NCBI RefSeq assembly: GCF_964355755.1
Contig: NC_092675.1
Coordinates: 16,278,912-16,342,911, forward strand
Origin: Antedon mediterranea
Lineage: Eukaryota > Animalia > Echinodermata
Reading direction: 5' to 3'
Length of the DNA: 64,000 bases
The notes under the pieces were generated by a model, which was not told the DNA's origin, did not search any database, and worked only from the letters and a program-made list of their open reading frames with translations. Below, piece after piece: positions 28,101 to 40,972 of the stretch. Both the position numbers and the translations under genes were made by a program. Each line of letters begins with the position of its first letter. Position 1 is the first letter of the stretch.

Positions 28101-31100
28101 ACCCCTCATCTGTATAGTTCTAGGTAACGTTCTTAAATTTTTACATTAAAACTTGACCTAATTTTATGATCAAAATGCTTAGGTTTAAATGGTAAACTTA
28201 ATTTAGTGGAAAATTCATTCACTTGTGTACATAACAACATGTTTTTCTTACAGTTACAATAAAACCGATTTCCTTTTTCTGACAAGTCCAATTACATGTT
28301 GTATTTTTGCAATCAAGGTCTACAGTATATCAGTAAATAAACTATTTTAATGAGGTTTTATCTAAAAAAAACAGAATGTTTTAAACATTTTAGTCGAGTA
28401 ATAAAAAATGTTTATTTTATTTATTCAACCTTTCTTTCTAGAGGGTGACACTAAACAGCCTATGCTGAGTTATGATAACTGTCTGTGTGTAAAAGTGGCT
28501 GTGTGTATACTAGTACACCAGGGCAACCCTATACTTGTCTCGAAAGATGTACTAGGTTCTTTAAAAAGTACACATGAGTCAGATGTAATTATATTAGAAT
28601 GCATTACAAAATTTCAATATCTATATGTCTACAAATTACAATTTCGGGTTAAAAGTTGAAATAATATTCAGATTAAAAAAAACAAAAAAGTAGTAATTTC
28701 AGCTACACAACCTACAATCTAATTCTAGGAATACCCTCGACCTAATGGAATTAGATTAATAATTAATTGACTATGAGGGAGCTACGGCGCCAACTTGCTA
28801 ATAAACAAATCCAACTGTGTATGACTCTGAGTCACATCCGAAAAAACAGGACGAAGATGAAATAAGCAACAATTTGTTCTAAAAAAAGAAAGCTAAGAAG
28901 GAACTGAAAAATAACACAGAAATATATAACAGTCTTTTCATTTAGAGCAAGAATTTTCTTTTCATATTTTAAGTTTCTAAACCCTATACAATAACAGCAC
29001 AGTGAAGATTATGTAATAAAACAAAGCTTGCAATGTATTATAAAATATACTACATGTTTTTGGCTCCTGTTGAGTAATTGAATCATTCTATATCACTAAA
29101 TCATGCTAATATAATGTAGTGTCCCTATTAAGGGGACACCTTAAGGACCAAACAAATTGTCCCTTTAATAGGAGTTGGCTATGTGTTAAAACATATATTA
29201 TCCTTTGATTATTTCATAGGAAAGTGTCTTAGTAGAGTTTCTATAAAGCAAACACCCACTCTTTGAAAATTGTCATTTACCTCCGCCGCCAAGGAGGTAT
29301 ATGTAATCGATCGCGTGTGTTTGTTTGTCTGTCTGTTTGTCTGTTTGTTAGCAGGATTACTCAAAAAGTAATTACAAGGTCTTTACCAAAATGAATGTAC
29401 AAATAGATATGTGGTCAAGGACCATTCCATTAAATTTTGGGACCATTTCGGTCCACGGTCCCAATTCTGGACCACTTTTTAGTATACTTTTCAGACCTGC
29501 TAGTGTTAAAAAGATAGGACAGAATTTTTCAAAAGCCGGCGAGCAGTCTTAAAGTAACAAGTAAACTCAAATTGAATTTTCTCGAGAACTACTTGTCCAA
29601 AAAACTTCATTTTTTAACAAGAGGCAAGAGTTATAATTTGTGATTTGTAATTTTAAAACATAATTTGATTTAATGTGCACGTTTTTTGATGCGAGTAGTT
29701 TACAAAACCTATTTCTTTTCAAATTCACTCGTTTGATTTTCGCGTTGCTGTTCTATTGTTAGTCAACTGAAGCTATTGTTAATTGAAAGGCTTGTTAGTG
29801 TTACATAACCATTACACCAAACTCGCATACACATGCTTGTAGTGAAATTAGCGTAAATCACAAACAGCATTAAGACACACACAAATATATATATATATTT
29901 TTTTTTTTACCGGAGAAATCTTATGTAGGAGAATTTTACAGTAGGCGGAGGTATGCACTCTCGGAGTGGCTTTCTAGTTTAATACTTTTTTTTGTATTTA
30001 ATTTTTTGGGACACATATATATTCCAATATAAACATCATTTTTAGAAAGTAAGAAGGAAACAAAATGAGTCAGCTCCCACCCTACTGAATATTTTTTAAA
30101 CATGGTAAGCTTTGGCAGGAAATAGCATATTTGCCTCAATCTTTGAATCAAGAATCTATAACATCTGGCATCCTAACATGACCAAAAATTGTATTTTTAG
30201 TATATCAGAAACAAAAAATGAAAGTAGAATTATATAAGCCATAAATGAACAGCTGATTAACCTGACCCAAAATAATGTATGTTGTGGTACTGTCAAACTT
30301 GATTAAGAATGAATATATTCAGTTGTGAAAGGAACTGTTGAGTTTCTGGACGATGACAGGAGTGAGAATTCTCACTCCTGAGGACGATCAAAGTTTATTG
30401 ATCGAACCGCGAAAAACTCAACAGTTCTTTAAAAAATTAAATATATGTGGTGTACCGCAAATGTCAGGCCCGTAGCCAGGGGGGTTTTTATGGTTCGGGC
30501 GAACCCCCCTTTACAGCAAACTCCCCTTAACCGACTGCGAACCCCCATCCCCGACATGCCCAATACCTCACCCTATCTCCGAAAATCGTCCAAATACGTG
30601 CCCCACAGTACAAAAAGTTGTTCGTAAATTAAAAAATTTCGTAAACTCGTTCGGAATAACTCATACAGTACCTTCTTCCCTGTATGAGCGTACTTCGAGC
30701 GATATAGTCTGTAAAGAGTTGCAAATGAATTGCCGATTTTAAACTGAAAAATAAATGTTTGGTCCCTGCATGTAACAGGACGAACGATTCGTACAAAGGA
30801 CACCGCCAGACAACTGCGTACCAATTGTTTAGATCACTGGCAGTCAGGCAGCATGCATAAAGTATATAGCCTTCCGACATACATCAGTATTTATGTGTGG
30901 CTATGAAGTATAATGTATCATAGAGGATTATAGTGAATGTTAATATTTTACACTATAATATCTATGGTATCGTGTACTGTAGTTCACATTATGGCATCCG
31001 ATTATTTTTTTCTAGACCACCAGCCGATACGTACTCAAATGTATCAATATCACCTATTTACATTGGCATATTTAATTTCCTCAACAAATTGCTGTAAATA

Positions 31101-34100
31101 CTATAATAAGAATTGCATTTGCCTTCACCCAGTGTGCTTTTTTCGGGGCTTCTCCTAGACGTATGTTCGCATTGAACTTGAACGCAAAACAAAATATCGA
31201 GTAAATGATAAACAATTGGCGGTTCCGCACAGAGCACGTGCATCTAACATACGGCAACAAATAAATAGTCCACGAGTCCAAGTACGATCGTTTTGCTCAT
31301 TGGTAGCATGCTGCATGAGAGTGTTTTTTCCGGCCATCTAGGGGTGTCATTTAACAAAATTTGCTTCGCCTCAGGCCCCACCCCAGGGGGGGGGGGGGGT
31401 AGGTATGGGGGTGGGGGTGACCCAAATACTTAGTGTGCGAACCCCCCCTTGACAACAGATCCTGGCTACGGCCCTGAATGTTATATCAACATATTGAATT
31501 CCCCATGCAAACCTCCCAACAACTGATTAAAAATACATGAGAACCATATTTGGGACATAAAAAATAAGTGACAGAGGTGTCCTCTGAATAGGGTTTGGCT
31601 GTTAAAGCATTGAATGTAGGTATTACAAAAAAGAGTGTATTTTGCTTCTTCTTTTTTATTTTTTTTATAAATATCAATCTGTTTTATATTTTCTAAAATA
31701 GTAATGTTTGTATTATTTTACAACTTTATACATTCAATTGCAAATTTAATTAGCTTTAATTTAATACCAATATAAATGTAAATACATTTTCACACAGTTA
31801 TTTAATTACAAAATAATTAAACCTTCATTATTTTTTACCTCAAATGACACAAAATGAACCTTTCTCATGGTAAGATTTTCCATTGACTTATAGTAGTTAC
31901 GCTCTACTGCAGTTGTTACTATTAAATGTATATCAAGTTCACTTTTTTTTAAATAAAATAAGTATTGGTATTTACCATGATTTAGAACCATTTAGTTTAA
32001 ATGTTTTGTTTGCTGCATTATAATGTGCCTTCGTCTCCATTCCTGCAGGATCACTTCCATGATTTGGTTCTGTTAGCCCAAAACATCCAATCAGCTCTCC
32101 CTTTGCTAGTAGATATTCAGATTTAATAATTTAGTTTAAATATATGCACTGTACACAAGCCTAAAGCATTGGCTTGTTGTGTACTAATTATTATTCATTA
32201 AAAAATTAAGTTTGACATCAACCATTATTTTTTTTAACAATAAACATAACATTACCTAACTTTGGAAGATATTTTTCTTGTTGGCTTGCAGTACCATATG
32301 CGTATATAGGATGCATAACAAGTGAAGATTGTACACTCATAGCAGACCGATAGCCACTGTCCACTCGTTCAATTTCGCGGGCGATGAGACCATATGCTAC
32401 TGATGACACTCCAGCACACCCAAAACCCTTGATGGTTGGACCCAGAACTCCAATATTTCCCAACTCTTGCATAATTTCTTGATCAAATACTGGAGTATAG
32501 AATATATTTCATTTTATTTAGTTCACATAAAAATTAGATTTGCTATGTAAAATTGATTGTCAACAGTAAATTTTGATAATAAATTGGTATACACATACTT
32601 TCATTTCTATTTGCCATAAGTACTCTAGGCATTAGTTTTTCTTGGCAATATTCTCGGAACTGATCCCGGACCATAATTTCTTCTTCACTTAAGTTGTATT
32701 CTAAATCCAAGGCATCTTTGTAGTTGAACTGGACAAATTTATCTTTTTTGACAGGTTTGTCTGAAAATTTTTAAAGAAAACCGGTTTATTATTTATTCTT
32801 CAAAATGTTGTTTGTTGTTATTAATTATTATTATTGGCATTAAAAATGATAATATTATCAGTTTCAGTTTCAGTTTATTTTCCATTTCAATTGATGAACA
32901 TAAGACAAACAACTTATATGGATGGATAACCGTAAGAGCGAAGCTCGTTAGCCGGTCACCCGTTAGTGCAGTGACATTACAGACAACATAAAGACAAGAC
33001 AAAGGTACGTGCAATACATAACAAGACATGTGAACACTTGTGTTTGCAACCCCTTGGATAAAATAATATATTTATATAAAGGAGAAAATTAGATATTATA
33101 TTTCTTTTTGATCATAAAATGATAATTTTTAACTTACTTCTTAAGAAGGTTAACATGAAGATTACATATAGTTATTTTTATTTTACTAGTACATGGTAAT
33201 AAAATCTGAATATCATCTTTTAGATAAAAAATGTAATAGATTTACATGTACATACACTCACATATTGTTTAAGTAAACTTAAATAATGTTACTCTACTAA
33301 TTAAATAATATAACATAATATTACTGATACATTGATAATAAACTGTGAATAAATGTCTTCTTAAATAAACTTAAGGTACATTGGTTCTTAATAAAATGCC
33401 AGTATATTTAGAAATAATATTGGATATATATTCTGTGTGATTAAACCATGTTAGTGTTTCATCTATAATTATGCCTAAAAATTTAGTATTAGAGACCTGT
33501 GAAATAGTAGTATTGTCAATAATAATTTGAATATTGTGATATTGTCGTCTACTATGCTTATTTTTAAACATAATGTAATTTGTTTTAAGTATATTAAGTG
33601 ATAATTTATTAGATTTAAGCCAGGAGGAAACTTTATTTAGTTCTTGATTTACTGTCATAATGAGTTGTTTAATATTTTTATCAGAAACTACTATGTTGGT
33701 GTCATCTGCGTATAAATAAAATGAGAAATTATCGGAAATAGAAACAATATCGTTTAAATAAATTATAAATAATAATGGGCCCAAAATGGACCCTTGTGGA
33801 ACCCCGCATCGAATTATATTAGTTGTTGATTTATGATTGTTATACACGGTGAATTGGGATCTGTTGGTTAAATAACTCTTGAACCACTCATAGATAGGCG
33901 ATCCCCCCTTGTTATGGGCATTAGCATGTTTTGGACAATTTCCATTAATTTTTTTACAAAAAAATACTACAGACATATTAAAAGGATGCATGGTCGACCT
34001 TGTTTCGACACACATCACAGTCAGTTGTCCTTCTCCTAACCTAGTCTAGTCCTAGGCCCTAGGCCTTGAAATATAAATCTCTTCTCACCAGCTTCAGCAG

Positions 34101-34245
34101 TGTTTGCCAGCTGGGCATTTCCATTCCATCTCAAACCCGAACTGGTCCCAATATTTCGTAGCGAATTAACAGCAGCTATTGAAATATTTGGTGATTTTAT
34201 TACATTGCATTGTGAACAATAACTAATAAATTTCCTCATGAACAT
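25154..34245 (-). CDS. GCDH: Glutaryl-CoA dehydrogenase, mitochondrial (456 aa, 9 exons)
   Basis: Exons (minus): 34245-34089, 32760-32599, 32489-32256, 32105-31976, 27569-27347, 26739-26636, 26463-26338, 25675-25515, 25227-25154 (1371 nt, in frame). Motifs [92 protein letters not shown]. Basic N-terminal presequence. Confidence 0.97.
25729..26105. repeat. Minisatellite in GCDH intron 7: 24-bp unit (about 10-11 copies) grading into a longer variant unit
   Basis: GTGCAGGCCTCAACTCCCTGGTRT repeats, then units carrying an extra CTGAAACCC. Confidence 0.95.
26870..27028. mobile_element. Harbinger/Tourist-like MITE copy with intact TAA TSD
   Basis: TAA|AGCTCTGTCTACACTAT...GTAGACAGAGCT|TAA. Confidence 0.85.
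28480..28580 (-). mobile_element. Deu-domain SINE fragment (second copy) in GCDH intron 4
   Basis: Shares GTGGCTGTG..ACTAGTACACC..GTCTCGAAAGATGTACTAGGTTCTTTAAA..CACATGAG with 53280-53370. Confidence 0.65.
29277..29978 (+). mobile_element. Helentron-associated non-autonomous element (HINE/DINE-1-like)
   Basis: 5' TACCTCCGCC..GGAGGTA, GTTT/GTCT microsatellite, 3' subTIR GGCGGAGGTA plus hairpin CACTC-TCG-GAGTG plus CTAGT, T-rich flanks. Confidence 0.8.
30465..31476. mobile_element. hAT-like non-autonomous element with an apparent 5-bp TSD
   Basis: TIR CAGGCCCGTAGCCAGG / CCTGGCTACGGCCCTG. Flanking AATGT at 30460-30464 and 31477-31481. Confidence 0.75.
32860..33905 (-). mobile_element. CR1/L2-group LINE fragment in GCDH intron 1
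   Basis: Minus-strand translation [50 protein letters not shown]. Probable 3' end with AATAAA and an (AAACTG)n tail near 32860-32880 (minus). Confidence 0.85.
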
Positions 34246-34249
34246 TATA

Positions 34250-34870
34250 AAATAATTTTATCTGTTCACACAGTAAAAAGACACAACTTGAACTGGAATA
34301 ATATATGATCTTGTTTGAGAAACACACACGACACACACTTACTCACTTGACCTTTCTATTATTCTATTTCAAAAGACATTTCAATAATGAATTATTATAG
34401 GAAAATGGTTTATACAAGCAGAATTTATATATTTATAAGAATTCTAATTATTTTTAAATAAATATAGTAATAAAAATGAGATTTATATTACAAAAATAAT
34501 AGTTTTAGTTTTACTATTGATTAAGAAATTAAAAGACGACGACATGTGATGCTGAGGATCTGCTGTGGTAATGTGATGTGTGCACAACAAAAACATCAGC
34601 AGAGTGTGGCGTATTTTTAAATCGTCACTGTTTTGGTCACGAGATCTGGCGAGGCATCCATCATTTAGCGGTTGGGCTTTCCTTCTTTTGGTGGTGGCCC
34701 TCGACATGATAAACAACGAAAACCGCAGCCATAGGTAGCGGTTTGTTGTTGTTTTGAATTGCAGGTAGAGGGGATAAAAAAGGAGCTAAAAAGAAACAAC
34801 AATACGGCGATGTCAGACTAAAAAAGATTAAAAATGCACCTGTGCATGGAATAAAGCCTTTTGGAAAATG
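34250..34870. promoter_or_regulatory. Putative bidirectional promoter (GCDH on -, candidate MKNK first exon on +)
   Basis: GCDH ATG at 34245. A CpG-enriched + strand segment at about 34540-34870 ends in ATG|GTAAGT, a consensus donor at 34871. Confidence 0.5.
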
Positions 34871-35980
34871 GTAAGTTTTGGATGATTTTTTTATGATGAA
34901 AATTATGTCATGAGGTTTGTAAAATAAGTAAATGATGCAAAGAGTGAGATGAGAGGCCGAGCGAGGATGATCTTCATCATGTGCATATCCGACCAGAGAA
35001 GACACACTTGAAAGACACCGACACCGATATATATTATTTTTCAATATTTGTTATGATGATCTAAATAATGTTGATAGAATCCTGGCAAGATGGAGTGACG
35101 TATTTCATTGCGTGAAATATACAGTAGTAGTATTATTAATTGTATTGTGTATCATATAATTATACTTTTTGTACATGGTCATTTTGATGATGTGCTGCAT
35201 TTTTCTTCGTCATTGTTGTGCCAAATGAAAATATTGGATTGTTTGCTTGCTGTAATAATATTGCTGACCTGGGCATTGTAAATAGTGCCTGACAGAGGGC
35301 AATGGGTTACTGACGCAAACCAAATATATATCTTACTGATAGGTATTATTCATTGTACAAATATTTTTCCTATAGATCTAGATGTGAATGATAAAATATC
35401 ACCTGATTTTCAGCATTCAATGTTTGTGTTTGATTCCTGGCATCATCTGTCAAATTTACTGTTATTAATGCACTGTATGTAGTGTAAAAACTCTACAGAA
35501 CTTTGAATTCATGAGGTGTTTACACAATTTTCAAGCACCTAAAAGATACTCATGGCACCAGAAACATGTCCTCAACCACCCAACAGATAACAATTTAATT
35601 TTTCTGTGAAAGTAACATGAGTCTCATAGAATTCTCATAAAATCCTTTGTTTATATCTGTAAGGTCACTATAGTCCAAGTTTTTGTACCCTAGGTATCTA
35701 GGTCATTGTAATAACTTGTCTGTTTTGCAAGCCCATAGTTCAAAAGAACTCCCTTTTTCCAGAAGTGCCCTTTTCAAACTGAAAACCAGCAGCTGAAGTT
35801 CTAGTAAATAGGCCTAAATCATGAACATTTTTGACCAATTCTACGTAGCCAGCAGCGCATTACTTTTATCTAATAATAGGCTAGGCCAAAATGTATTCTT
35901 TAGTTGTTGACACTTTGCACTTTTCCCTTTTTTGCAGAAAATGAACCCCACTGTAAAAATCATGAATACATGCTTGATTT

Positions 35981-38050
35981 GGGTAGTAACAAAGTGCGAG
36001 GCAGCGAGGCACGCGAGGCAGGGAAGGCATGCGAGGCAAGTCAGAAATTTATGCGAGGCATCGTTTTACCATCATCAAAAAATGCGAGGCATCATTTTAT
36101 CATTTCTCAAAATTGCAAGGCAGGAAATCACCGAAATTGAAGTAGCCTAGTAGGCCTAGGCCCGCTAGCCTAGTTTCCTTTTGCACCTGCCTTGTAATTT
36201 AACCAAGGCTTTATCCTGAATACCACAGCTTAGAATTAGTAGGCCTACTTTAATGAAGAAAAATCACATAAAAGTAACAATAAATCCATTAAATTGGTGA
36301 TTTTACAGACGTTGTTTTTCTCGCATTTCGCACACTCAATGTTCAATATTTTGGTTTCTATGGAACGCCAAAAGAGCAAAATTAATTAGAGGGCTAAAAA
36401 CTCTGTGGAATCCATTTATATTTAACGCATTATTTGGTGAAAATCAAGTACAATTTCAATAGATTTTGTCACTGTCAGTAAGGAAAAATGTTACTGTTGA
36501 TAATGTACACGGTTTCGTTAACCTTTTAAAGAATAAAATAGAAAAATTCATCATAATATCCTTAGTAGGATGTCCTAGGTCTAGACTAGGTAGTGATGTT
36601 GATTTAGGATCGATTATTATTCTTTGAAAACAGAAAAGTATCAGCAGTAACATATTACAACATTTTTATTGACAAATTAACAAATATATTGAAATAAAAC
36701 GTGTTTTTCACCAATAAATGCATGAGAAATTGACGCATTCCACTGAGTTTTAGTCCTCTATTATCGTTGCTCTTTTGGCGCTCCATAGAAACAAAAATAT
36801 TGAACATTGAATAAGTGAAATTCGCGAACAGTGTGCGAGAAACACGCCTGTAAAATCATTAATTTAAGGATTTATTTGTTACTTTTTATGTGATTCTTTC
36901 ATTAAAGTACTCATGAGGTATACTCCTAAGGTGTGGTATTCACACGATAAAGTTAGTTATCAAATTTGGAGTAAAAATATAAGCGAAGGAAACTAGCGCC
37001 AGGTTTATTAGTACGTACATGGACAACAATAAATAAAAATCGTTCGTAATATACCTAGCTTACTAAAACAGGAATAGTGTATCATTATTAAATATTACAC
37101 CAATTATTATTTTATCAAAATTGATTAAACTATTTTCTACATAGGCCTTTATCTAGGTTGGGGCTAAGCATATTAGCTAAAGTTTAATTTTAGGCCTAGT
37201 ATTACAATTGTCGGACGTAAGTCTTTTTTCACACGCGCTCCAGAATTCTGTCGCAATTTTTTTCTTTGCGGCATGTTATTGGATCGGCATATCAGTTACC
37301 TTTTATTCACCGCCAGTTATTGAACTTGTCCTGGCAATCGCTGTTCACCTTATTTGCGAGAGAGGTACACGTGTTGTTCCTAGAGAATGGAATGTCAAAA
37401 ATGTCTTTGGCACGCCGCTCAGAGAGAAGTCTGTGCGTTGCTGCTGAAACCACGTGCTATAGGAGGGGAATGCACCACAATCCTCTGAGCTGAGGGCTGA
37501 ATCATTCCGCTACCTGCTAAATAGTAAAGAGGGATTTTCCATCTCTCGGGTCTACCGGATCTAGGCGCAGGGGTGTGACAAAATATTATTTTCACTCTAC
37601 TATGTTCGAGAGACATGTGAGTGAACACGCTCGAAATGCCAACAAACATTGCAGTCATTTGATGAGTGTGTCGCTATAACAATTATTGTTTATCGAAAGT
37701 TGAAGACTGTCGTTCAGATTTTTGAACCGTAGCTTGGGCACTTTTGTAAAAGTAAAATTTGACACGATATGACTTGAATGAAAAAACAATCGTTACATAA
37801 AAATAAACAACATGATGAGTGTATACACGAATCTATTTAGATACGCTTGTATCGATTGATTATTAGGCCTATAATATAGCATAATAGCACGTTAAGATAT
37901 GCCTCGCACCTTTTTGAAATTGTAAGCTATATGCCTCGCATGCCTCGCACTTTTGGAAATGATAAAATGATGCCTCGCACAAATATTTGGCATGCCGCGC
38001 ATGCCTCGCTTGCCTCGCGTGCCTCGCTGCCTCGCACTTTGTCAACACTC
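35981..38050. mobile_element. Non-autonomous DNA transposon with 9-bp TSD (MULE-like) and a nested long inverted repeat
   Basis: TIRs ACAAAGTGCGAGGCAGCGAGGCACGCGAGGCA / TGCCTCGCGTGCCTCGCTGCCTCGCACTTTGT with many subterminal TGCGAGGCA motifs. TSD GCTTGATTT at 35972-35980 and 38051-38059. Confidence 0.85.
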
Positions 38051-38061
38051 GCTTGATTTAG

Positions 38062-38320
38062 TGTACTTCCTACACACATCATATTGTTTCATACTGCCTG
38101 TACTTCCTACACACATCATATTGTTTCATACTGCCTGTACTTCCTACACACATCATATTGTTTCATACTGCCTGTACTTCCTACACACATCATATTGTTT
38201 CATACTGCCTGTACTTCCTACACACATCATATTGTTTCATACTGCCTGTACTTCCTACACACATCATATTGTTTCATACTGCCTGTACTTCCTACACACA
38301 TCATATTGTTTCATACTGCC
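38062..38320. repeat. Perfect tandem repeat, 37-bp unit x7
   Basis: TGTACTTCCTACACACATCATATTGTTTCATACTGCC x7. Confidence 0.95.
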
Positions 38321-39212
38321 ATTTTCTATCATCATTCATACTTACACCTGTGTGAAATCATTTCACATGTGGTCTTACTGTTAGTCAGTACAACATTACA
38401 AATTATGATGACATGTGATTGTGACATCTGTATTTACTATTAAGCTCTGTCTACACCATAAAACTTTATGCGACAAAAAATGCGATGATGAGATGTACTC
38501 CTCACACATTAATTGTGAATACATTAATCATGATCAATTTAATTCTAGATTTTCAAAAGATATACAATGATATTTTAAAGAATATTGATATTAGGGACTA
38601 TAAAGTATACTTAAAACAAGCTCACGATAATGATTCACAATCAAATCTATTCAGTAAAATTACTGTAGTTGAGTTATAAAAAAACATTGAATATCCTTAA
38701 TCACTTCAAAAAGCGTGCATGCAATGTTATAGGTAAAATCGTGCTTTGTTTTTAAAAATCAAAAGACTAAAAACGAAATGTGTTTATATATTTTGTAAGT
38801 ACTGTAAATGTATGGTGTATATCATTGAATTTGTACGATTTTGAGTTGTATTTTTTGCACACTACCATTTCGTAGGTTCTTCCTTGGCTTTTGTGAGCAC
38901 GGTCTTCTCTCTGTGTGGTCTTAGCTAATAGAGGGCGACATTAAAAAAAAATATTATACAAATTTTATTATTTTATTTTCGGTTTGTTTTCGATTGTTTA
39001 GATTAGATTAGACTGACCCTTTTTAAATCTGTATCCATAATGACAAGCAGACAGTGTACATGTTAACTACAGTATCTCCTCATCAATAATTTCTTACTTT
39101 ATACCAACAATGGTATTGTTTTTGCATTCTTTTAAACTTGGGTGAGACCTTGGCCTGTACTGCTGTGCAGTATGGTAATTTCAAATATTGATTAACTTTT
39201 AATTTGAATACC

Positions 39213-39429
39213 TCACTCTTCCAAATTCATCTATCACTCTTCCAAATTCATCTACACTCTTCCAAATTCATCTACACTCTTTCAAATTCATCTACACTCT
39301 TTCAAATTCATCTACACTCATCCAAATTCATCTACACTCTTCCAAATTCATCTACACTCTTCCAAATTCATCAACACTCTTTTAAATTCATCTACACTCT
39401 TCCAAATTCATCTACACTTTTCCAAATTC
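39213..39429. repeat. Minisatellite, 20-bp unit, about 11 copies
   Basis: TCTACACTCTTCCAAATTCA repeats. Confidence 0.95.
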
Positions 39430-40894
39430 CATTTAACAGGTACTGCACTTGAGTAGATTGTACAGTAGAACAGAAAAACAATAATGTAAAAGACCAAAAA
39501 AGTTACTATAAATTTGATTGAGATTAAATGTGCAATTATATTATAATAATATTGAATTTTCTGATAAAAAATACTGCATAAATATTAAATGTGGGTGTAT
39601 ATATTTAGTACTTTAGGTATTTTACATGATTACATATTCAATTTGATTACAGTACTGTCCCTTTCTTCACATGTTTCATTTCATACTTTTTATATTTTAT
39701 TTTCAATTAGAAAGAAATGTTACTTTTCTTTTTCAAACAATTTTTCGAAACATTGATTTTATATGTATGACTCATGTGAATAAATAAAGTCAAACTTGAT
39801 TGTTTGATCAATATACTGTTAAGTTAAGAATAAGATACACTTTCAATGTTTCATAGCGTGAGCATCTTTTTATAAACTGTTTAAGTGGGTGTACATGTCA
39901 GAGTGCAATAACATGATATTTCTACCCCTCATTAACAGTCTGCACTAATTATCAAATTAGATTGCCTGAAGTAGCATGTGTTGTTTATGATATTTCCAAT
40001 GTCATAATACCTGACATATCAACGTAAGTCAACAGCAGTCAAAGTTTGATTTGTAATGTTATTGACCAGAAAAAAAATGATAAAATGGCCATTGTGACAA
40101 CAAGATGCACTGATTGCTGGTGTGTGGTATGGGAATGCAATCATCTGGGTCCACCCACCAGAAAAGGAAAAAAGAGTAATAGTACTAATATAGTATACCA
40201 GCAAGAAATATAGTGCATCATATCATAGTCCATATTATTTTAGCAAAATGTTATATAATAATATTGTATGGCTTGGTCTACTTTTTTATCCTACAAAAAA
40301 AATACTCGAAAATCATTGACAATTGTATTGTTTGACAGTACAGTATGTATTTATACGTCCAAAAGAAGTTGTTAAGTTAGCATTGTAATGAATGATGTCG
40401 TTTCAGGAAAAGTGTCATTATTATAAACAACACTCTGTTTTGGTACAATAACAAGAATACATGTGGATTGACCTTCCAATTTCTAGGAATCCATTTAACT
40501 TGTTCTGCCTCCTGTGTCAACAATTTGTAGTGAAAATGGTGAAAACAAAGCTAAATTGCCCTGGAGATTGTCTGCAAAGGCCTGTGTGAAATTGGAGCCT
40601 GTTATTTTTATATGGCCTTCACATTTGCATAGAACTGGCATTAACCTCCTGGGTTTCATCCATGGTGAGTGATTTGGTCTGGACTGTATGGAAATGGGAG
40701 AAGATACAGAAAGTACATAAATTGTGCACAAGGATTCCATCAGTCACAGAGGCCGATCCAGGTCACCCAACATCAGATCTACTCCACCTACCATTTAAAA
40801 ATTGTTCAACCAACCCAACCCATCTGAATTTTTACTCCATGATGGAATAAGGAATAAGAGGTATCTGTGGGAATGAGAAAAACCTAACCATTAG

Positions 40895-40972
40895 ACCATC
40901 TAATGGTTAGGACAATCTAATCTGCATATCAAGCGGGGTCCGGGTTCGAATCTCGGTTGGGGCGACTTTTTC
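40895..40972 (+). pseudogene. tRNA-derived pseudogene or SINE head
   Basis: TCTAATGGTTAGGAC (A box), GGTTCGAATCTC (B box), then a T-run. No intact cloverleaf. Preceded by an inverted copy of its 5' end (CCTAACCATTAGA, 40883-40895). Confidence 0.5.

Noticed and set aside
35177-35272. Possible C/D box snoRNA (TGATGA...CTGA)
   Set aside because: Terminal stem geometry is non-canonical and I recognise no rRNA or snRNA guide sequence.
37992-38443. Overlapping repetitive ORFs and a CRISPR-like appearance
   Set aside because: Head-to-tail 37-bp repeat with no spacers and no cas genes, in a eukaryotic context.
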